Of a stretch of DNA of 64,000 nucleotides, positions 62,409 to 64,000 are shown piece by piece. The stretch comes from an uncultured delta proteobacterium (GTDB taxonomy: Bacteria; Desulfobacterota; Desulfuromonadia; Desulfuromonadales; BM103). The first letter of the stretch is position 1. Every line of letters starts with the position of its first letter. Below the pieces are notes generated by a model. The model did not search any database, was not told where the DNA came from, and saw nothing but the letters and a program-made list of their open reading frames with translations. Location: contig CAVQRZ010000026.1 of the NCBI GenBank assembly GCA_963715335.1, positions 32,001 through 96,000 on the forward strand, read 5' to 3'. The translations under genes were made by a program, and so were the position numbers.

Positions 62409-63360
62409 AGCGATCCTGCAACTTATAAATCAGAACCAGACCTTTCTGGTTGCCTCCCACGAAAGCCCTGATGGCGATGCGATCGGTTCGACCCTGGCCC
62501 TGACCAACCTGTTGCGTGAGATGGGCAAAGATGTCGTCGCTTACAATCGAGACCGCGCACCCCTGGAATATGCCTTTCTCCCCGGATACGCATCAGTCGT
62601 CAATGAAGTGGACGATACGCGGGCCTTTGATGTCGGTTTTGTTCTCGACGCCGGTGAATTAAAGCGTGCCGGCAGCTGGATTAAAGGGTGCTGCCGCAAG
62701 CTGGTTAATATCGATCACCACCCTTGTTCAGAAGATTTCGGCGACCTTTATTATCTCGATACCGTGGCCTGTGCCACAGGCGTCATGATTTATCGTATTT
62801 TGCAGGCGGCAGGGCACACGCTTTCACTCGATGTCGCCACCTGCGTCTATACGGCAATCCTTGCCGATACCGGCTCTTTCCGTTACTCAAATGCCAACCC
62901 GGAAGCGTTCCGGGTTGCTGGTGAAATGATCGAGGTCGGTGTCGACCCCTGGTCGATTGCTTCCGGCCTTTATGAAAGTCAGGAGAAGGAACGGTTGGCC
63001 CTGCTCGCTATGGCGCTGCCAACCCTGCAGGTCTCCGCATGTGGCCGGTACGCTTCCCTTGCGGTCACCCTGGACATGTACGACAAGACCGGCGCCATCG
63101 AACAACACACCGACCGGTTCATTAATTATCCCCGCTCGATCCGAGGGGTTGAAGTTGCAATTTTCTTCCGCCAGCTGGATCATAACCTCTTTAAAGTTGG
63201 CTTTCGCTCCAAGGGCAATATCGATGTCGGGGCGCTGGCCAGGGCCATGCATGGCGGTGGTCACCACAATGCCGCCGGCGCAACCGCCGAGGGGAGTCTT
63301 GAGGTCGTCCAGAAACAGGTCTACGATAAAGTTTCCCTTCTGCTTGCCGACCCTGAATGA
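62401..63360 (+). CDS. DHH-family nanoRNase/pAp phosphatase (NrnA-like)
   Basis: HESPDGDAIGS, NIDHH, DTGSF, GGGHHNAAG. Confidence 0.9.
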   Translation: MIEAILQLINQNQTFLVASHESPDGDAIGSTLALTNLLREMGKDVVAYNRDRAPLEYAFLPGYASVVNEVDDTRAFDVGFVLDAGELKRAGSWIKGCCRKLVNIDHHPCSEDFGDLYYLDTVACATGVMIYRILQAAGHTLSLDVATCVYTAILADTGSFRYSNANPEAFRVAGEMIEVGVDPWSIASGLYESQEKERLALLAMALPTLQVSACGRYASLAVTLDMYDKTGAIEQHTDRFINYPRSIRGVEVAIFFRQLDHNLFKVGFRSKGNIDVGALARAMHGGGHHNAAGATAEGSLEVVQKQVYDKVSLLLADPE

Positions 63361-64000
63361 ACGGTTTTCTGATTGTCGATAAACCGGCCGGTATGACCTC
63401 GTTCGATGTGGTTCGCCAGGTCCGTCGTATGGTGAACACGCGCCGGGTCGGGCATGCTGGCACGCTCGACCCGATGGCAACCGGGGTTTTGCCTGTAGCG
63501 ATCGGTACGGCGACGCGCCTGATCGAGTATACGATGGCCGGAGACAAGAGCTACCGTGCAACCCTGAAGCTGGGGAGCGTGACCGATACCCAGGATGCGG
63601 AAGGTCAGGTGCTTGAAGAAAAACCCTGGCAGCATGTCGACAGGGCAATGCTTGATGCTGCTGTCGAACACTTTATCGGTGCAATAGATCAGCTCCCGCC
63701 GATGTATTCCGCCCTGAAAAAAGATGGTCAACCTCTTTACAAGCTGGCGCGTCAGGGAATCGAAGTTGATCGTGAACCGCGTAAGATTTATGTGAAAAGC
63801 CTGGCTATCGACGAATTCACTGCCCCGCATCTGACCTTCACCGTAGACTGCAGCAAAGGGACGTATGTCAGAACCCTTTGCCACGATATAGGGCGCATGC
63901 TCGGTTGTGGTGCCCACATGACTGGCTTGCGGCGCCTGACCTGCGGTCGTTTTGAGCTTGCGCAGAGTTATCCACTCCAGGTATTGCAAGATTTGTCAGC
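63357..64000 (+). CDS. truB: tRNA pseudouridine(55) synthase TruB, runs off the window end (absent from the ORF track)
   Basis: Manual translation from ATG 63357: MNGFLIVDKPAGMTSFDVV ... VGHAGTLDPMATGVL ... PPMYSALK ... CSKGTYVRTL. Confidence 0.95.
   Translation, partial: MNGFLIVDKPAGMTSFDVVRQVRRMVNTRRVGHAGTLDPMATGVLPVAIGTATRLIEYTMAGDKSYRATLKLGSVTDTQDAEGQVLEEKPWQHVDRAMLDAAVEHFIGAIDQLPPMYSALKKDGQPLYKLARQGIEVDREPRKIYVKSLAIDEFTAPHLTFTVDCSKGTYVRTLCHDIGRMLGCGAHMTGLRRLTCGRFELAQSYPLQVLQDLS

Overview
64 kb of ordinary chromosome from a deltaproteobacterium. Gene content and order resemble Desulfuromonadales/Geobacter relatives (inference from recalled synteny, not a database result). Left to right: end of a sugar-nucleotide block (phosphomannomutase, UDP-glucuronate epimerase); der; a 13-gene chemosensory cluster with no receptor but unusual accessory genes (DUF4388/MshEN-like receiver, ExeA-type ATPase, zinc-ribbon receiver, HEAT protein, GAF protein); infA-leuS-lptE-holA; rpsT; murJ plus small repair/hydrolase genes; sigma54-driven glnB-glnA; thrC and maeB; exbBD-pfkA-GAF chemoreceptor; a cation efflux gene; mutS-amidase-glnD (frameshifted)-xerD-apgM; two transporters separated by a decayed MocR fragment; RNA methyltransferases; and the rimP-nusA-infB-rbfA-truB operon. 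I found no rRNA, tRNA, CRISPR array, prophage or IS. The signals most worth following up: (1) a family of 7-bp-periodic inverted-repeat arms bracketing three consecutive intergenic spacers, one arm being translated into a protein; (2) the receptor-less chemosensory system and its probable GAF receptor 20 kb away; (3) a stand-alone protein resembling the XerD core-binding domain; (4) a 1-nt frameshift in glnD. All homology calls come from motif recognition by eye.
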